64,000 nucleotides of DNA from a virus, in the IMG/VR virus record IMGVR_UViG_3300025362_000007, positions 6,852-70,851 of that record; one strand, 5' to 3'. A program made the position numbers and the translations under genes. The stretch's first letter is position 1. Each line of letters starts with the position of its first letter. Shown piece after piece: positions 16,772-26,540 of the stretch. The notes beneath the pieces were generated by a model. It was not told the DNA's origin. It ran no database searches and worked only from the letters and a program-made list of their open reading frames with translations.

Positions 16772-16935
16772 AGCATTTATATATGTGTACTGTGGGCTAA
16801 CACAGGAATTTACGATTGTGGACATCTACACAAACAATAGTAGCATTATGCGAGATTGGGGTGGTTGAAGCAATAAAACTCAAAAATATATAATTTTATA
16901 GATTTTTGTTAGCAGGAATTGGTATGATATTTGAA
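16772..16935 (+). ncRNA. Putative TnpB omegaRNA scaffold (IS right end) plus flanking guide
   Basis: Non-coding 3' end of the IS with CTGTG/CACAG hairpin; guide would be AATTGGTATGATATTTGAA after CAGG. Confidence 0.55.
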
Positions 16936-17358
16936 GTAGGAAAGAGTTATAAGTATGTTGGGGGTAATCCAGATTACTTTCGTAGTGATGGTGAGATGGA
17001 TTACATAAAACAAGGGACGCACACTGTTGTCTTTAGTGAGAAATGTCCAGGTAAGTACGATGTACTATTTGCGGACGACCCAAATGGGCGCTCGTGGTAC
17101 GTAGACTCAAAAGACTTTGTTCGTGTGCTTGCCCGAGGTGATAGAGTCACAGTCTGGGACATTGAGAAGCAATTTGCAGATAAAGCACTATTTTTGGGAT
17201 ATTTTGATGAAGCCCTATATCCGTATGTTGCAATGGTGGATGGTGACGTGTTACCCCAAGGTTTTATGCACGCAATACTGGAAGAAGACACTAAGCTAGT
17301 AGAACTTCAACTGGCGCTTACTGCTGCCCAGAAAGCAATTGACGATTATATAAGATAA
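16924..17358 (+). CDS. Hypothetical protein
   Basis: ATG 16924 just past the IS right end. Confidence 0.6.
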   Translation: MIFEVGKSYKYVGGNPDYFRSDGEMDYIKQGTHTVVFSEKCPGKYDVLFADDPNGRSWYVDSKDFVRVLARGDRVTVWDIEKQFADKALFLGYFDEALYPYVAMVDGDVLPQGFMHAILEEDTKLVELQLALTAAQKAIDDYIR

Positions 17359-17368
17359 GAGATTTACG

Positions 17369-17446
17369 GGGGTAAAATTGGTTTCGACAACTATTAAGTC
17401 TTGAAAGAGAAATAGTTGGAAGTGGGTTCGATTCCCACTTGCTCCA
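17369..17446 (+). ncRNA. tmRNA tRNA-like-domain-only RNA (78 nt)
   Basis: GGGGTAA/TTGCTCC acceptor with G3-U70 and A73; stemless D-loop AATTGGTTTCGAC; short P2 CAACTATT/AATAGTTG; T-arm GTGGG-TTCGATT-CCCAC; no tag ORF. Confidence 0.8.
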
Positions 17447-17703
17447 AATTAGTACATAGAAGGAAGTAGAAATATGGAACAATATTCAAACATATATTTC
17501 TTCATTACAAAATGATAAGGATATTGATTTAAAGATGGATGATAAAGATAAAGCTACAACTCATGGATTTGATAAATATTCTTTTCGGAATCCAATAAAA
17601 TAATGCTTGACACTCAATAAGTACTGTGGTAGAGTTAATAAATAGCAACGAATATTTCCACTACACTGTATATATAGTGCATTATGGAAAGGAAGGAGTA
17701 GAA

Positions 17704-17985
17704 GTGCGAAATAAAGAAGTGTATGATACACTCATAGCCATAGAAGGGATCACTACACAACGTGAAGCAGAAAGTAATTGGTATGATGAAACTATGTTTG
17801 AAGTAGGAAACTATTTTCTTATATATAATCCGTCTCATCATTCCTTAATAGCTGCTACAGGTAATCAGAGGTTTGGTACATACCTGTACACAGGGGCTAT
17901 TAGCGCTATAATGCTTGTAGAGAACGAAGTACATATACATGTGTCAAGCAGTACAATAATAATTAGTTTGAGTAAGGGAAAATAG
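17704..17985 (+). CDS. Hypothetical protein
   Basis: AAGGAGTAGAA RBS before GTG 17704; promoter TTGACA at 17607. Confidence 0.55.
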   Translation: MRNKEVYDTLIAIEGITTQREAESNWYDETMFEVGNYFLIYNPSHHSLIAATGNQRFGTYLYTGAISAIMLVENEVHIHVSSSTIIISLSKGK

Positions 17986-17987
17986 AA

Positions 17988-18200
17988 ATGTCATTAGACA
18001 AGGGAAAGGAAAATATTCAATACAAAATTAAAGGAATTAAAACTAAAGAACAAGATATGGAAAAGTTACTATTTACGTTAGGGTGTTATACAGGTGAACC
18101 AATAACAATAATAAATACTTTAGCATCTAATATGATTATACATATTAAAGATGCAAGATACAGTATCGACATTGAACTAGCAAAAGCTATATTAATATAA
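17988..18200 (+). CDS. feoA: FeoA-domain protein
   Basis: 70 aa; LFTLGCYTGEPITI and IKDARYSIDIELAKAI fit the FeoA SH3-like pattern. Confidence 0.8.
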   Translation: MSLDKGKENIQYKIKGIKTKEQDMEKLLFTLGCYTGEPITIINTLASNMIIHIKDARYSIDIELAKAILI

Positions 18201-18358
18201 AGGGGAAAGAAATGACACTTACGGACGTTCAAAACTATGAACAAGCACTAGTAGAATTAGAGGATGCATTTGCATCACAAGAACCAGATTACATAAAAAT
18301 AGATAATCTTTACAAAGTAATCGCAGAGTACGAAGATAGCATTTACAAGGAGTAGAAA

Positions 18359-19267
18359 TTGGCAGATTTATTAAAAGAACTTCGCCCAAAGAAATTTAGC
18401 GAGGTACTGGGCAACAAAGAGGCAGTCAAGTCTCTTAAAGAAAAATTCAATTCAGATCAAAAACCTCATTGTGTTATGTTCTCAGGATTATCTGGGGGCG
18501 GTAAAACAACACTCATGCGAATATGTTCTGGTATAGTGGGGGCAATGGATTTAGATATACATGAATTTAACATAGGGGATGCTAGGGGTATAGAGGATGC
18601 TAGAGGAATAATTCAATTAATGAATTACCAACCCTATGGCGGGAGTACTGTGATTATCTTAGATGAGATTCACAATAGCACTAAGCTATTCCAGGAATCA
18701 TTATTAAAACCGTTTGAGGACATTCCAGAACATGTGTATGTGTTTATTGCTACCACAGAACCAAGTAAAATTATACCTACATTAAAGAGAAGGTTTACTC
18801 ATTATCAAATAAAACCTGTGGAATCACAAGAACTATTTATGTATTTAGCAAAAGTTGCAAAGCAATATAGTATGAAATTGAATGAGGATGCAATGGATAA
18901 TATTATAGAGCAAGCCAGTGGAAGTACAGCTATTGCACTATCATTATTAAACACAATTATGGAAGTAGGTGTAGATGAGCAACTCGCCTTACTAGACTAT
19001 GCTAAAAATGAAACCAATGGGGTCATAAAGCTCTGTCAGTCGCTTTTATATCAAAAAGGGTGGAATAGTACTATTAGTATAGTAAACGAGCTAGAGGACT
19101 CACCAGAGGGCTACAGGAGGATTATACTAAATTATATGATGAAAGTATTGTTGAATCCTAAGTCTAGTAAGATGCACCACACTGCTGCGAGTATTATAGA
19201 TATATTTGTTGGCTATATAGATACAAAAGCTGAATTTGTGATGAGATGCTATAAGTGCACGATATAA
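18359..19267 (+). CDS. Clamp-loader AAA+ ATPase (DnaX gamma/tau-like)
   Basis: LRPKKFSEVLG, GLSGGGKTT, IILDEIH, LLKPFE, ATTEP. Confidence 0.88.
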   Translation: MADLLKELRPKKFSEVLGNKEAVKSLKEKFNSDQKPHCVMFSGLSGGGKTTLMRICSGIVGAMDLDIHEFNIGDARGIEDARGIIQLMNYQPYGGSTVIILDEIHNSTKLFQESLLKPFEDIPEHVYVFIATTEPSKIIPTLKRRFTHYQIKPVESQELFMYLAKVAKQYSMKLNEDAMDNIIEQASGSTAIALSLLNTIMEVGVDEQLALLDYAKNETNGVIKLCQSLLYQKGWNSTISIVNELEDSPEGYRRIILNYMMKVLLNPKSSKMHHTAASIIDIFVGYIDTKAEFVMRCYKCTI

Positions 19268-19479
19268 GAAAGTGCAAGTAATAGAGAGTAATTAAATTAA
19301 AAGGATAAGAAATATGTGTGCATATTGTGAGCAAGAAAAAGAAGTAACTCAGTCATTATTTTATGCTGTGAATCTTAAAGATAATTTTTTAGAAGTGTGG
19401 GCAAAGAATGAAGAAGTAAGAGGCAGGATTCTCTCTTTAGAGATAGCCTATTGTCCTTTCTGTGGAGAAAAACTACCAT

Positions 19480-19663
19480 GATGGGAAATAGACAAAGGTT
19501 AAAAAATGGTAATGAAATAGATGCTATATTAGCTAGACACTATTATAAGTATTTAGCTAGAGCAGGCAAAGCAAAAAGTGTAAAAGTTAAATTAGCAAAA
19601 CGCAGAAGATACGAAGCAAAACAGGAATTAAAGGAAAGGCAGGAACATGATATTACCAGATAA
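19480..19663 (+). CDS. Small basic hypothetical protein
   Basis: Overlaps helicase start; start codon approximate. Confidence 0.4.
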
Positions 19664-20984
19664 ATATAGTTATTTAGAGATGCACGCTGATTTAGAAAAA
19701 GCTCTAGATATACTTACAAATACCAATGATAATATGTGTATTATAGGGCCTAGTGGAACAGGGAAAACTGCGTTTCTTAGCCTTATTACAGATAGACAAA
19801 TATACCCACACAACACAATAACATGCTGTCCTACAGGAATTGCAGCAGTAAATGCCTCTACAGAGGGGATTAAAGCTCAAACTATACACAGCTTATTTAG
19901 ATTTCCCCCCATGAGTATTATCCCTGTCAATAGATTGAAAGTATCGGAAGATAAAGTACAAATGTTTAGAGCATTACACACATTGGTTATAGACGAAATT
20001 TCCATGGTGAATAGTGACTTACTTACAAAGATAGTTCACTTACTTAATATGTATAGAGATGGAGAACCAGTTAGGTTTATCTTATTGGGTGATCCTAGTC
20101 AACTAGCCCCTATATTGTCCACCAATGAAGAGAGGAATTATATGGAAGATATGTATGATTCTAAGTTCTTCTTTGGGGCTGATATGTTTAAATATATGCA
20201 CCTACTATACTTTAATAAAATATTTAGGCAAAAGGATATGGAGTTTAAGGAAGTATTAAATAGATTTAGGCACAATGAGGCGATACTGTCAGATTACGCC
20301 TACTTGAATGAAAAAGTAGTAGATTACAAAGAGTTTATACAAGATAGAGATGCGGTGTATATTGCTATGACTAATAAAACTGTTGATAAAATAAATGACA
20401 GATATATTACTGCTAACCCTAATCCTGAGAAAGTATACTATGGTATAGCAACAAACTTTAACGAAAGGATAGTGCCTCAAGAGTTAATATTGAAAGAAGG
20501 GGCGCAAGTAATGATTGTGGCTAATAATATGATTATGGGATATTTTAATGGATTACTGGGAAAGGTAAGTAAATTAAATAATGACAGTATAGAAGTGGTT
20601 ACAAATAAAGGTACAGTTACTATCACTCAATACACTTGGGAAAAGTATACTTTCAAATATGATAAAGAGACAAAAGAAATAACTGCCAAAGTAACAGGTA
20701 AGTATAGTCAGTTTCCAGTAAAAGTTGCTCACGCAATGACTTCACATAAAACACAAGGATTAACATTAGAAAATATTTATCTAGATTTAGAGAGAGGTAC
20801 GTTTAGTTCTGGTCAATTATATACTAGCTTATCCAGAGTTACTTCTATAGATGGACTAGGGTTAGCTAGACCAATAAAGAAAAGAGATAGTAAGTTAAGT
20901 AGAGAAGTAAAAAAGTTCTATAAAAGCATTGACACGAATAAAGAAGTAGCGTATGATACTAAATATGATGATTTACCTTTTTAA
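19647..20984 (+). CDS. Pif1/RecD-like SF1B helicase
   Basis: GPSGTGKT, TIHSLF, IDEISMV, GDPSQLAP, FRQ, HKTQGLT, YTSLSR. Confidence 0.92.
   Translation: MILPDKYSYLEMHADLEKALDILTNTNDNMCIIGPSGTGKTAFLSLITDRQIYPHNTITCCPTGIAAVNASTEGIKAQTIHSLFRFPPMSIIPVNRLKVSEDKVQMFRALHTLVIDEISMVNSDLLTKIVHLLNMYRDGEPVRFILLGDPSQLAPILSTNEERNYMEDMYDSKFFFGADMFKYMHLLYFNKIFRQKDMEFKEVLNRFRHNEAILSDYAYLNEKVVDYKEFIQDRDAVYIAMTNKTVDKINDRYITANPNPEKVYYGIATNFNERIVPQELILKEGAQVMIVANNMIMGYFNGLLGKVSKLNNDSIEVVTNKGTVTITQYTWEKYTFKYDKETKEITAKVTGKYSQFPVKVAHAMTSHKTQGLTLENIYLDLERGTFSSGQLYTSLSRVTSIDGLGLARPIKKRDSKLSREVKKFYKSIDTNKEVAYDTKYDDLPF
20929..20957 (+). promoter_or_regulatory. Sigma70-type promoter
   Basis: TTGACA-17-TATGAT. Confidence 0.65.
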
Positions 20985-21136
20985 GGAGGAGTAGAAAATG
21001 AACAAAAAGTTTAGACGGTTTAGTTTGGGGGATTCATTTGTAGCAGAGGGTAAACCTCATAGTGCTTATAGTAAAAATCCAGATGGAATGATAAAAAGAA
21101 ATTTTGAGAAAACAAATAAAAAATGGAGGAAGGAAA

Positions 21137-21634
21137 ATGGAAAGAAATTACCATGATGATTTAGAGATTAATGAGTTTGATTTAGTGGACGAATGGAAAA
21201 ACCAAGCAGGGTTGTATGTGAGTTATGCTACAGATGGTGTAGATTTACAGGAGGACACAGATAACAAGAAAGATGAACTAGATTTAAAGGAGGCTAAAAC
21301 AGAATTAGACATTCGTAATGGGGTATATGCCTTAGCAGGGGATATGAAGATTACAGACAAAGCTATCAGTGCTTTGGTGACTAATGACCCTGATGTTATT
21401 AGACTAAAGGAGGAATACAACGAACTCAAGAAAGAAGTAAGTTTAGCTAGAAAGGTAGAAGCAGGTTTTTACATGAGAAAAGAATCCTTAGAGAATATAG
21501 TTAAGCTAACTGGCAGAGAACAGTACTCCGAACCGAAAGACTCAACTGGATATGTGGACAATGAAAAAGAAAACTATGTGCGTGGCACAATGAACAACAA
21601 ATTGAATAATAAATATAATAAAGAGGAAAAATAA
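21137..21634 (+). CDS. UvsY-like recombination mediator (coiled coil)
   Basis: DDLEINEFDLVDEW, KITDKAI pattern; adjacent to SSB and RecA. Confidence 0.6.
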   Translation: MERNYHDDLEINEFDLVDEWKNQAGLYVSYATDGVDLQEDTDNKKDELDLKEAKTELDIRNGVYALAGDMKITDKAISALVTNDPDVIRLKEEYNELKKEVSLARKVEAGFYMRKESLENIVKLTGREQYSEPKDSTGYVDNEKENYVRGTMNNKLNNKYNKEEK

Positions 21635-21635
21635 T

Positions 21636-22799
21636 ATGGCTATAAAAGGGCTAAAGCAACAATTACAGAGCAGAGCAAGAGAAGTATATGATGAGAGAGA
21701 TAAAGGAGGAGTAACAGGAGAGCGCTATCTTAGCATTGGTGGAGACGTATCCATCTACAAACCTAAAGATGGGAAAAATGCTATTGATATTATCCCCTTT
21801 TACAGAGGGACAGACTTGTTCAAAGGCAAGCCAGCAGGCACACCAGATTATCAAATTGAAATATTTATCCACAAGAGTTTTAACCAATCTGGCGATAGAG
21901 TTATTTGCCCAAAAAAAACTCGTGGAAAACCATGCCCTGCCTGTGAAAAAAGATACCTTCTTATGGATTTAAATAGAGAGGAAACCGAAGCTAAAGATGC
22001 TAAGGAACGACAAACAGAGATTGATAATCTAAGACCACAAAGAAGAGTGTTGTTAAATGTTATTAATTTAAAAGAAGATGAGGATGATGAACATAATGGT
22101 GATATTCAGATTTTAGATGAATCACAGTATTTATTTGCTAAAGAACTTATTGAAGAATCTATGGAAGGGGATGAGAATGGCGACCCTATTGACTTTACCA
22201 CACCAGATGAAGGCAAGAGTGTGTTCTTTAGTGGTAGACCAAAACCAATTGGTAATAGCAAACACACTTACTTAGAGTTCAAATCCTTTAGTTTCACAGA
22301 AAGAGACGAACCTTATGATGATGAAATTATCAATGAATCACATAAACTTGACTCATTACTTAAAATACACACATATGAAGAGATTGCGGCTATGCTTAGT
22401 GAAACTAAAATTATTGCTAGTGAGGATACAACTGATGAAGAGGAAGAGAAATCTACCAAGAAATCTAAGGCTTCACGTTTCAAGAAAGGTAAAGCTAAGG
22501 TGCAGGAAGAAGAGGATGATGAGGAAGAGGAGTATGAAGAACCAGATGATGAGGAAGAGGAAGAAGATACTCCACCGCCAGCTTCTAAGAAACGGGCTAG
22601 AAAACCTAAAGCACCCGAAGTAGAGGAAGATGAGGACGAAGAAGAAGAAGCCCCTACCAAACCTAAAGGTAAAGCTGAGCTATGTCCACACGGGCTTACC
22701 TACGGAGTAGATGGTGACCCTACAGAAGAGACTTGCCAAAAGTGTGCTAAAGAAAATAAAACACTTTCCCGTAAGTGTATTCTAGCGAGTATATCGTAA
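21636..22799 (+). CDS. Single-stranded DNA-binding protein (gp32-like) with long acidic tail
   Basis: IDIIPF, H...CPK...PCPACE zinc motif, D/E-rich C-terminus. Confidence 0.7.
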   Translation: MAIKGLKQQLQSRAREVYDERDKGGVTGERYLSIGGDVSIYKPKDGKNAIDIIPFYRGTDLFKGKPAGTPDYQIEIFIHKSFNQSGDRVICPKKTRGKPCPACEKRYLLMDLNREETEAKDAKERQTEIDNLRPQRRVLLNVINLKEDEDDEHNGDIQILDESQYLFAKELIEESMEGDENGDPIDFTTPDEGKSVFFSGRPKPIGNSKHTYLEFKSFSFTERDEPYDDEIINESHKLDSLLKIHTYEEIAAMLSETKIIASEDTTDEEEEKSTKKSKASRFKKGKAKVQEEEDDEEEEYEEPDDEEEEEDTPPPASKKRARKPKAPEVEEDEDEEEEAPTKPKGKAELCPHGLTYGVDGDPTEETCQKCAKENKTLSRKCILASIS

Positions 22800-22807
22800 C
22801 TTTTAAT

Positions 22808-22833
22808 GGGGGTGTATAGCCCCCTTTATTTTT
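22808..22833 (+). terminator. Intrinsic terminator
   Basis: GGGGGT-GTATA-GCCCCC followed by TTTATTTTT. Confidence 0.75.
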
Positions 22834-22849
22834 CATAAGGAGTATATAA

Positions 22850-23604
22850 ATGAGATTGCTACAAGGTGACTGCCTACAAGAAATGGATAAACTAATAGAA
22901 GAGGGGGTTAGGGTGGACGCAATTATTTGTGATCCACCCTACTGAACGGAACTACAGCGTGTAAGTGGGATAGTATCATACCGTTTGATGCAATGTGGGA
23001 AAGATTGAATAAATTGATTAAACCGAATGGTGCAATAGTGCTGTTTGGAAGTGAGCCTTTTTCTAGTGCATTGAGAATGTCGAATATCAAGAACTATAAG
23101 TATGATTGGGTGTGGGAGAAAAACAAGGCTACTGGTTTTCTTAATGCTAAGAAACAACCATTAAATGATAATGAGCTAATTAGTGTTTTTTATGGAACCC
23201 AATGTACATACAATCCGCAGAAAAGTATAGCGGAGATGTTGTATAAAAGAGGTCTAGCAAAAAGAACAAAATCTGACTGTTATGGTCAAGAAAAAGACTT
23301 TGAGCAAATAGACGATGGAATGAGATATCCCAAGCGGATTATATATTTTAATAACAACTATACTAGAGAGCAAGTCCACCCAACCCAAAAGCCCGTCAAG
23401 CTCATGGAGTATCTTATCAAGACCTACACAAACGAAGGTGAAACCGTTCTTGATTTTACTATGGGAAGTGGGACTACTGGAGTAGCCTCAGTAAATACAG
23501 GCAGAAACTTCATAGGCATTGAATTAGATCAGGGATATTTCAAAATAGCAGAAAATAGAATAAAAAAAGCACAGAAAGAAAGAGAAATAGCGTTCTTTAT
23601 GTAA
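22850..23604 (+). pseudogene. N4/N6 DNA methyltransferase interrupted by a 5-nt insertion after DPPY
   Basis: RBS and ATG 22850 give MRLLQGDC...CDPPY, then TGAAC (22943-22947), then GTTACKWD in the frame of ORF 22993-23604 (HPTQKP, DFTMGSGTT). Confidence 0.88.
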
Positions 23605-23614
23605 AGGAGAAATT

Positions 23615-24691
23615 ATGGCTAAAGCTAAAGCAAAGATTGAAGATCAAATTATTAGGGTGAAAGAAAAACCACAATATATCACTACGGGATGTACTCTAAG
23701 AGATTTAGTACTAGGGGGAAATAAAGATTGTTTTGGATACAAAGTAGGAAAAATATATAACTTGGTAGCAGACAGTACTTTTGGGAAATCTCTCCTAGCA
23801 ACTCAAAGTGTTGTGGCAAATCATTTTGTCTTGGGCGATAAGTTTGCATGGAACTACGATGATGCCGAAAAAGGAAATACTTTCCGAACAGACATAATGT
23901 ATAGAATGAAGAAACCTCTCATTACAAAAGATTCCCTTACCTCTGAAACTGTAGAGGAACTGTACAATAATATTAGACTGTTCGATAGTACTTTAAAAAA
24001 AGGACAGATAGGGATGTATATAGTAGATAGCTTAGATAGTATTACTAGTGCAGCTACTATCCAACGAGGGGATGATAGATATAAAAAGTTTGAAGATGGC
24101 AAAGACTTCAAGGAAGGCACATATGCTATGGACAAAGCCAAGTTCTTATCACAAGAGTTCTTTCCCGATGTGTCCAGGAGAATAGAAGGATCGAACATAG
24201 TATTACTAATAATCTCACAAGTAAGGGATAAAATTAATGCTACTATGTTCGAGAAGAAACAAACAAGAGCAGGGGGTAGAGCCCTACAATTCTATTGCCA
24301 CTCAGTAGAATGGCTTGCAGCAGTGCAGAAGAAAGAGATGGAAGATGCAGATAGTGGCTTACGTGCTGGTGGAGTTATTGTATGTGAAACTGAGAAGAGC
24401 AAAACACCTCGTCCGTATAGAAAGGGAGTTATTACCATAGATTTCTCTATTGGAGTAGACGATATTGCTAGTAATATCGATTACTTATATGATTTAAGGA
24501 CTGATAAGTCATACAAACTTAGACCAACTAAGAGAGATAAATTAGATTGGGATGGTGGATTATACACTAGGGATGAATTGTGTGATTTTATTTATGACGG
24601 TGAACTAGAACCTGAGTTAAAGAAACGAGTAATAGATAAGTGGGAAGAGGCTGAAAGCAAGATGGTGAATAGACGGAAGTCGAGATTCTAA
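23615..24691 (+). CDS. RecA/UvsX-like recombinase
   Basis: ITTGC, DSTFGKS, DAE, IVDSLD, ISQVR, GGRALQFY. Confidence 0.88.
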   Translation: MAKAKAKIEDQIIRVKEKPQYITTGCTLRDLVLGGNKDCFGYKVGKIYNLVADSTFGKSLLATQSVVANHFVLGDKFAWNYDDAEKGNTFRTDIMYRMKKPLITKDSLTSETVEELYNNIRLFDSTLKKGQIGMYIVDSLDSITSAATIQRGDDRYKKFEDGKDFKEGTYAMDKAKFLSQEFFPDVSRRIEGSNIVLLIISQVRDKINATMFEKKQTRAGGRALQFYCHSVEWLAAVQKKEMEDADSGLRAGGVIVCETEKSKTPRPYRKGVITIDFSIGVDDIASNIDYLYDLRTDKSYKLRPTKRDKLDWDGGLYTRDELCDFIYDGELEPELKKRVIDKWEEAESKMVNRRKSRF

Positions 24692-24742
24692 CTAGTAGTA
24701 ATTATGGATATAGTATATACTTACTATTAAGGAGTTAGAAGA

Positions 24743-25138
24743 ATGGCTAGTACTGTTGCTTCAAGAAAAGCTAAGGGTAGAAATTTACAATATTGGGTGG
24801 CTAAAAGATTAGGCAAAGTATTTGGAATAGAGTTCAACCAGCAAGATGATTTGTGTAAGATTCACAGTAGAGAGATGGGGCAGGCAGGCACAGATATCTA
24901 CTTTAGAGATAAAGAGTTACATGACAAATTCCCATTCGATATAGAGTGTAAGAATCAAGAGAAGATATCAGTATACGCCTATATAGAGCAAGCATCAGCT
25001 AATACAGTAAAGGGAAGAGAGTGGTTGGTTATACATAAGAAAAACCGTAGCCAACCAATAGCAATATTAGATGCAGAAGCGTTCTTTTCTTTAATAGAAG
25101 AGAACATAAAATTAAAGGGGAAACTAAATGAAAGTTAG
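24743..25138 (+). CDS. PD-(D/E)xK Holliday junction resolvase (T5 D14-like)
   Basis: KAKGR, GTDI, IECKNQE. Confidence 0.8.
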   Translation: MASTVASRKAKGRNLQYWVAKRLGKVFGIEFNQQDDLCKIHSREMGQAGTDIYFRDKELHDKFPFDIECKNQEKISVYAYIEQASANTVKGREWLVIHKKNRSQPIAILDAEAFFSLIEENIKLKGKLNES

Positions 25139-25343
25139 AGTTAAAAAAGCAAAAGAAGATAGGTTGTGGTACGCAGATAAACTAGGGGAAGAGTTTGAGG
25201 TTGAAGAGTTCAATAAAAAACTTTATGTGGTAACTGGCGATGAGTTTTACAAACTACATAAATCTGATTGTACCAAAATACAAGAAACACTAGTAGATGA
25301 TATAGATGAAATAGAGGCAGAATTTTACAGAGAGGGTCAATAG
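25128..25343 (+). CDS. Hypothetical protein
   Basis: Operon packing; WYADKLGEEFEV. Confidence 0.55.
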   Translation: MKVRVKKAKEDRLWYADKLGEEFEVEEFNKKLYVVTGDEFYKLHKSDCTKIQETLVDDIDEIEAEFYREGQ

Positions 25344-25649
25344 ATGAAAATATATCTAAGTGAGGCTATTTCGAATAACCTCGACAAGTACGAAAAAGAG
25401 TTCAGCGATAAGGAACGGGTATTAATAAATGGTGGGTTTGAGGTACACAACCCTGTGGCACACAATAAGTATCTTGGGTGTAGAACCTACGAAGAGTTTA
25501 TGAAAGAAAGTATTCGAGCACTTCTAAATTGCGATGCTATCTACACAGTAAACGATACTACATTTAGTGGTGGGGCTATCTTAGAACATATTATAGCAAA
25601 AGCTATAGGACTAAGGGACATGTCTCACCATAAAGAGGGGCTTTCATGA
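25344..25649 (+). CDS. DUF4406 / nucleoside deoxyribosyltransferase-like protein
   Basis: KIYLS, VHNP, LLNCDAIY, SGGAILE. Confidence 0.75.
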   Translation: MKIYLSEAISNNLDKYEKEFSDKERVLINGGFEVHNPVAHNKYLGCRTYEEFMKESIRALLNCDAIYTVNDTTFSGGAILEHIIAKAIGLRDMSHHKEGLS

Positions 25650-26164
25650 AAGAAAAACTATTCAGGGTGTATGTTAAATTCATACGCCCATTTATTGAAA
25701 AAGGACTAAACGATAGGTTTGGTGTCCACAATCCTATAGATACATGGGGCACAATAAAGAATTTATCCTTGTATGACTTTAGCAAAGTAATCAACGTATA
25801 CGGGTATAAAATGGATAGGCTTGGAGGGTTAATAGACCATGCGTTTAATTTCGATAATCCTAATAGTTTTTTTGCTACCACAGAAAAAAATAGAGACTGC
25901 GACCAATGGGCTAGAATATGGGCTGTATGGGCTATACACAATGGCTATGAGTTCCAGGAGTACATAATTACTACTAGAGAACACTTAATAAAAGATAGCC
26001 ATGTTGTGTGTACTATACTAATTAAAGGTAAATGGTATCTATGTGATTATACTCCCTATGGAAAATACAACACGAAAGAACAAGCTGTTGAAGATGTAGT
26101 GGAACATTGGAATAAATATACAAAACATAATCTAGTGTATGAAGCATATCAAGGAAGGCAATAA
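25646..26164 (+). CDS. Transglutaminase/papain-like putative cysteine hydrolase
   Basis: RDCDQWA...SHVVC...YLCDY could supply a Cys-His-Asp triad. Confidence 0.5.
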   Translation: MKEKLFRVYVKFIRPFIEKGLNDRFGVHNPIDTWGTIKNLSLYDFSKVINVYGYKMDRLGGLIDHAFNFDNPNSFFATTEKNRDCDQWARIWAVWAIHNGYEFQEYIITTREHLIKDSHVVCTILIKGKWYLCDYTPYGKYNTKEQAVEDVVEHWNKYTKHNLVYEAYQGRQ

Positions 26165-26508
26165 TGAAATATATAAAATGGATTATAGGAATATTAGCAA
26201 TTATAGGGGTAGCAATTATCTCTATAGTTACTGTTAATAAATTTAATACAAGTAAATTATTTACATCGGTAAAAGAATACTTCTTTTTAAAAGATAGGGG
26301 ATATAAACGAAAAGATGATAAAGTAACTAATGATGAAGGTGATGAAATAGATATACCAGAACAATATGAAGATAATACGATTACAGGGGCAGGACACTCA
26401 ACTGAATATGACGTAGGAGAGGGAACAATAAACCACGAAACTGTAGATAGAAAAAATACTACTCCGATAGAAAATAGTTACAAGAAAAAGGTTGACAAGA
26501 AGCAATAA
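26164..26508 (+). CDS. Membrane protein with N-terminal TM helix
   Basis: WIIGILAIIGVAIISIVTV. Confidence 0.65.
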   Translation: MKYIKWIIGILAIIGVAIISIVTVNKFNTSKLFTSVKEYFFLKDRGYKRKDDKVTNDEGDEIDIPEQYEDNTITGAGHSTEYDVGEGTINHETVDRKNTTPIENSYKKKVDKKQ

Positions 26509-26540
26509 GATAGAGTAGAATGAAGAAATAGGAGAACGAA

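Larger units (their letters stand above)
14941..16916 (+). mobile_element. IS607-family insertion sequence (left end approximate, 14941-14953)
   Basis: Serine-recombinase tnpA overlapping tnpB; ATAGAAA repeats at left end; right end TTAGCAGG; ends form an imperfect inverted repeat. Confidence 0.88.

Noticed and set aside
14901-16930. IS607 cleanly interrupting a tRNA gene, or being an IStron
   Set aside because: No 3' tRNA half follows the right end, and only ~100 nt precede tnpA, too little for a group I intron
22943-22945. Stop-codon reassignment (TGA read-through)
   Set aside because: The downstream part is in a different frame, TGA ends many other genes normally, and no suppressor tRNA is present
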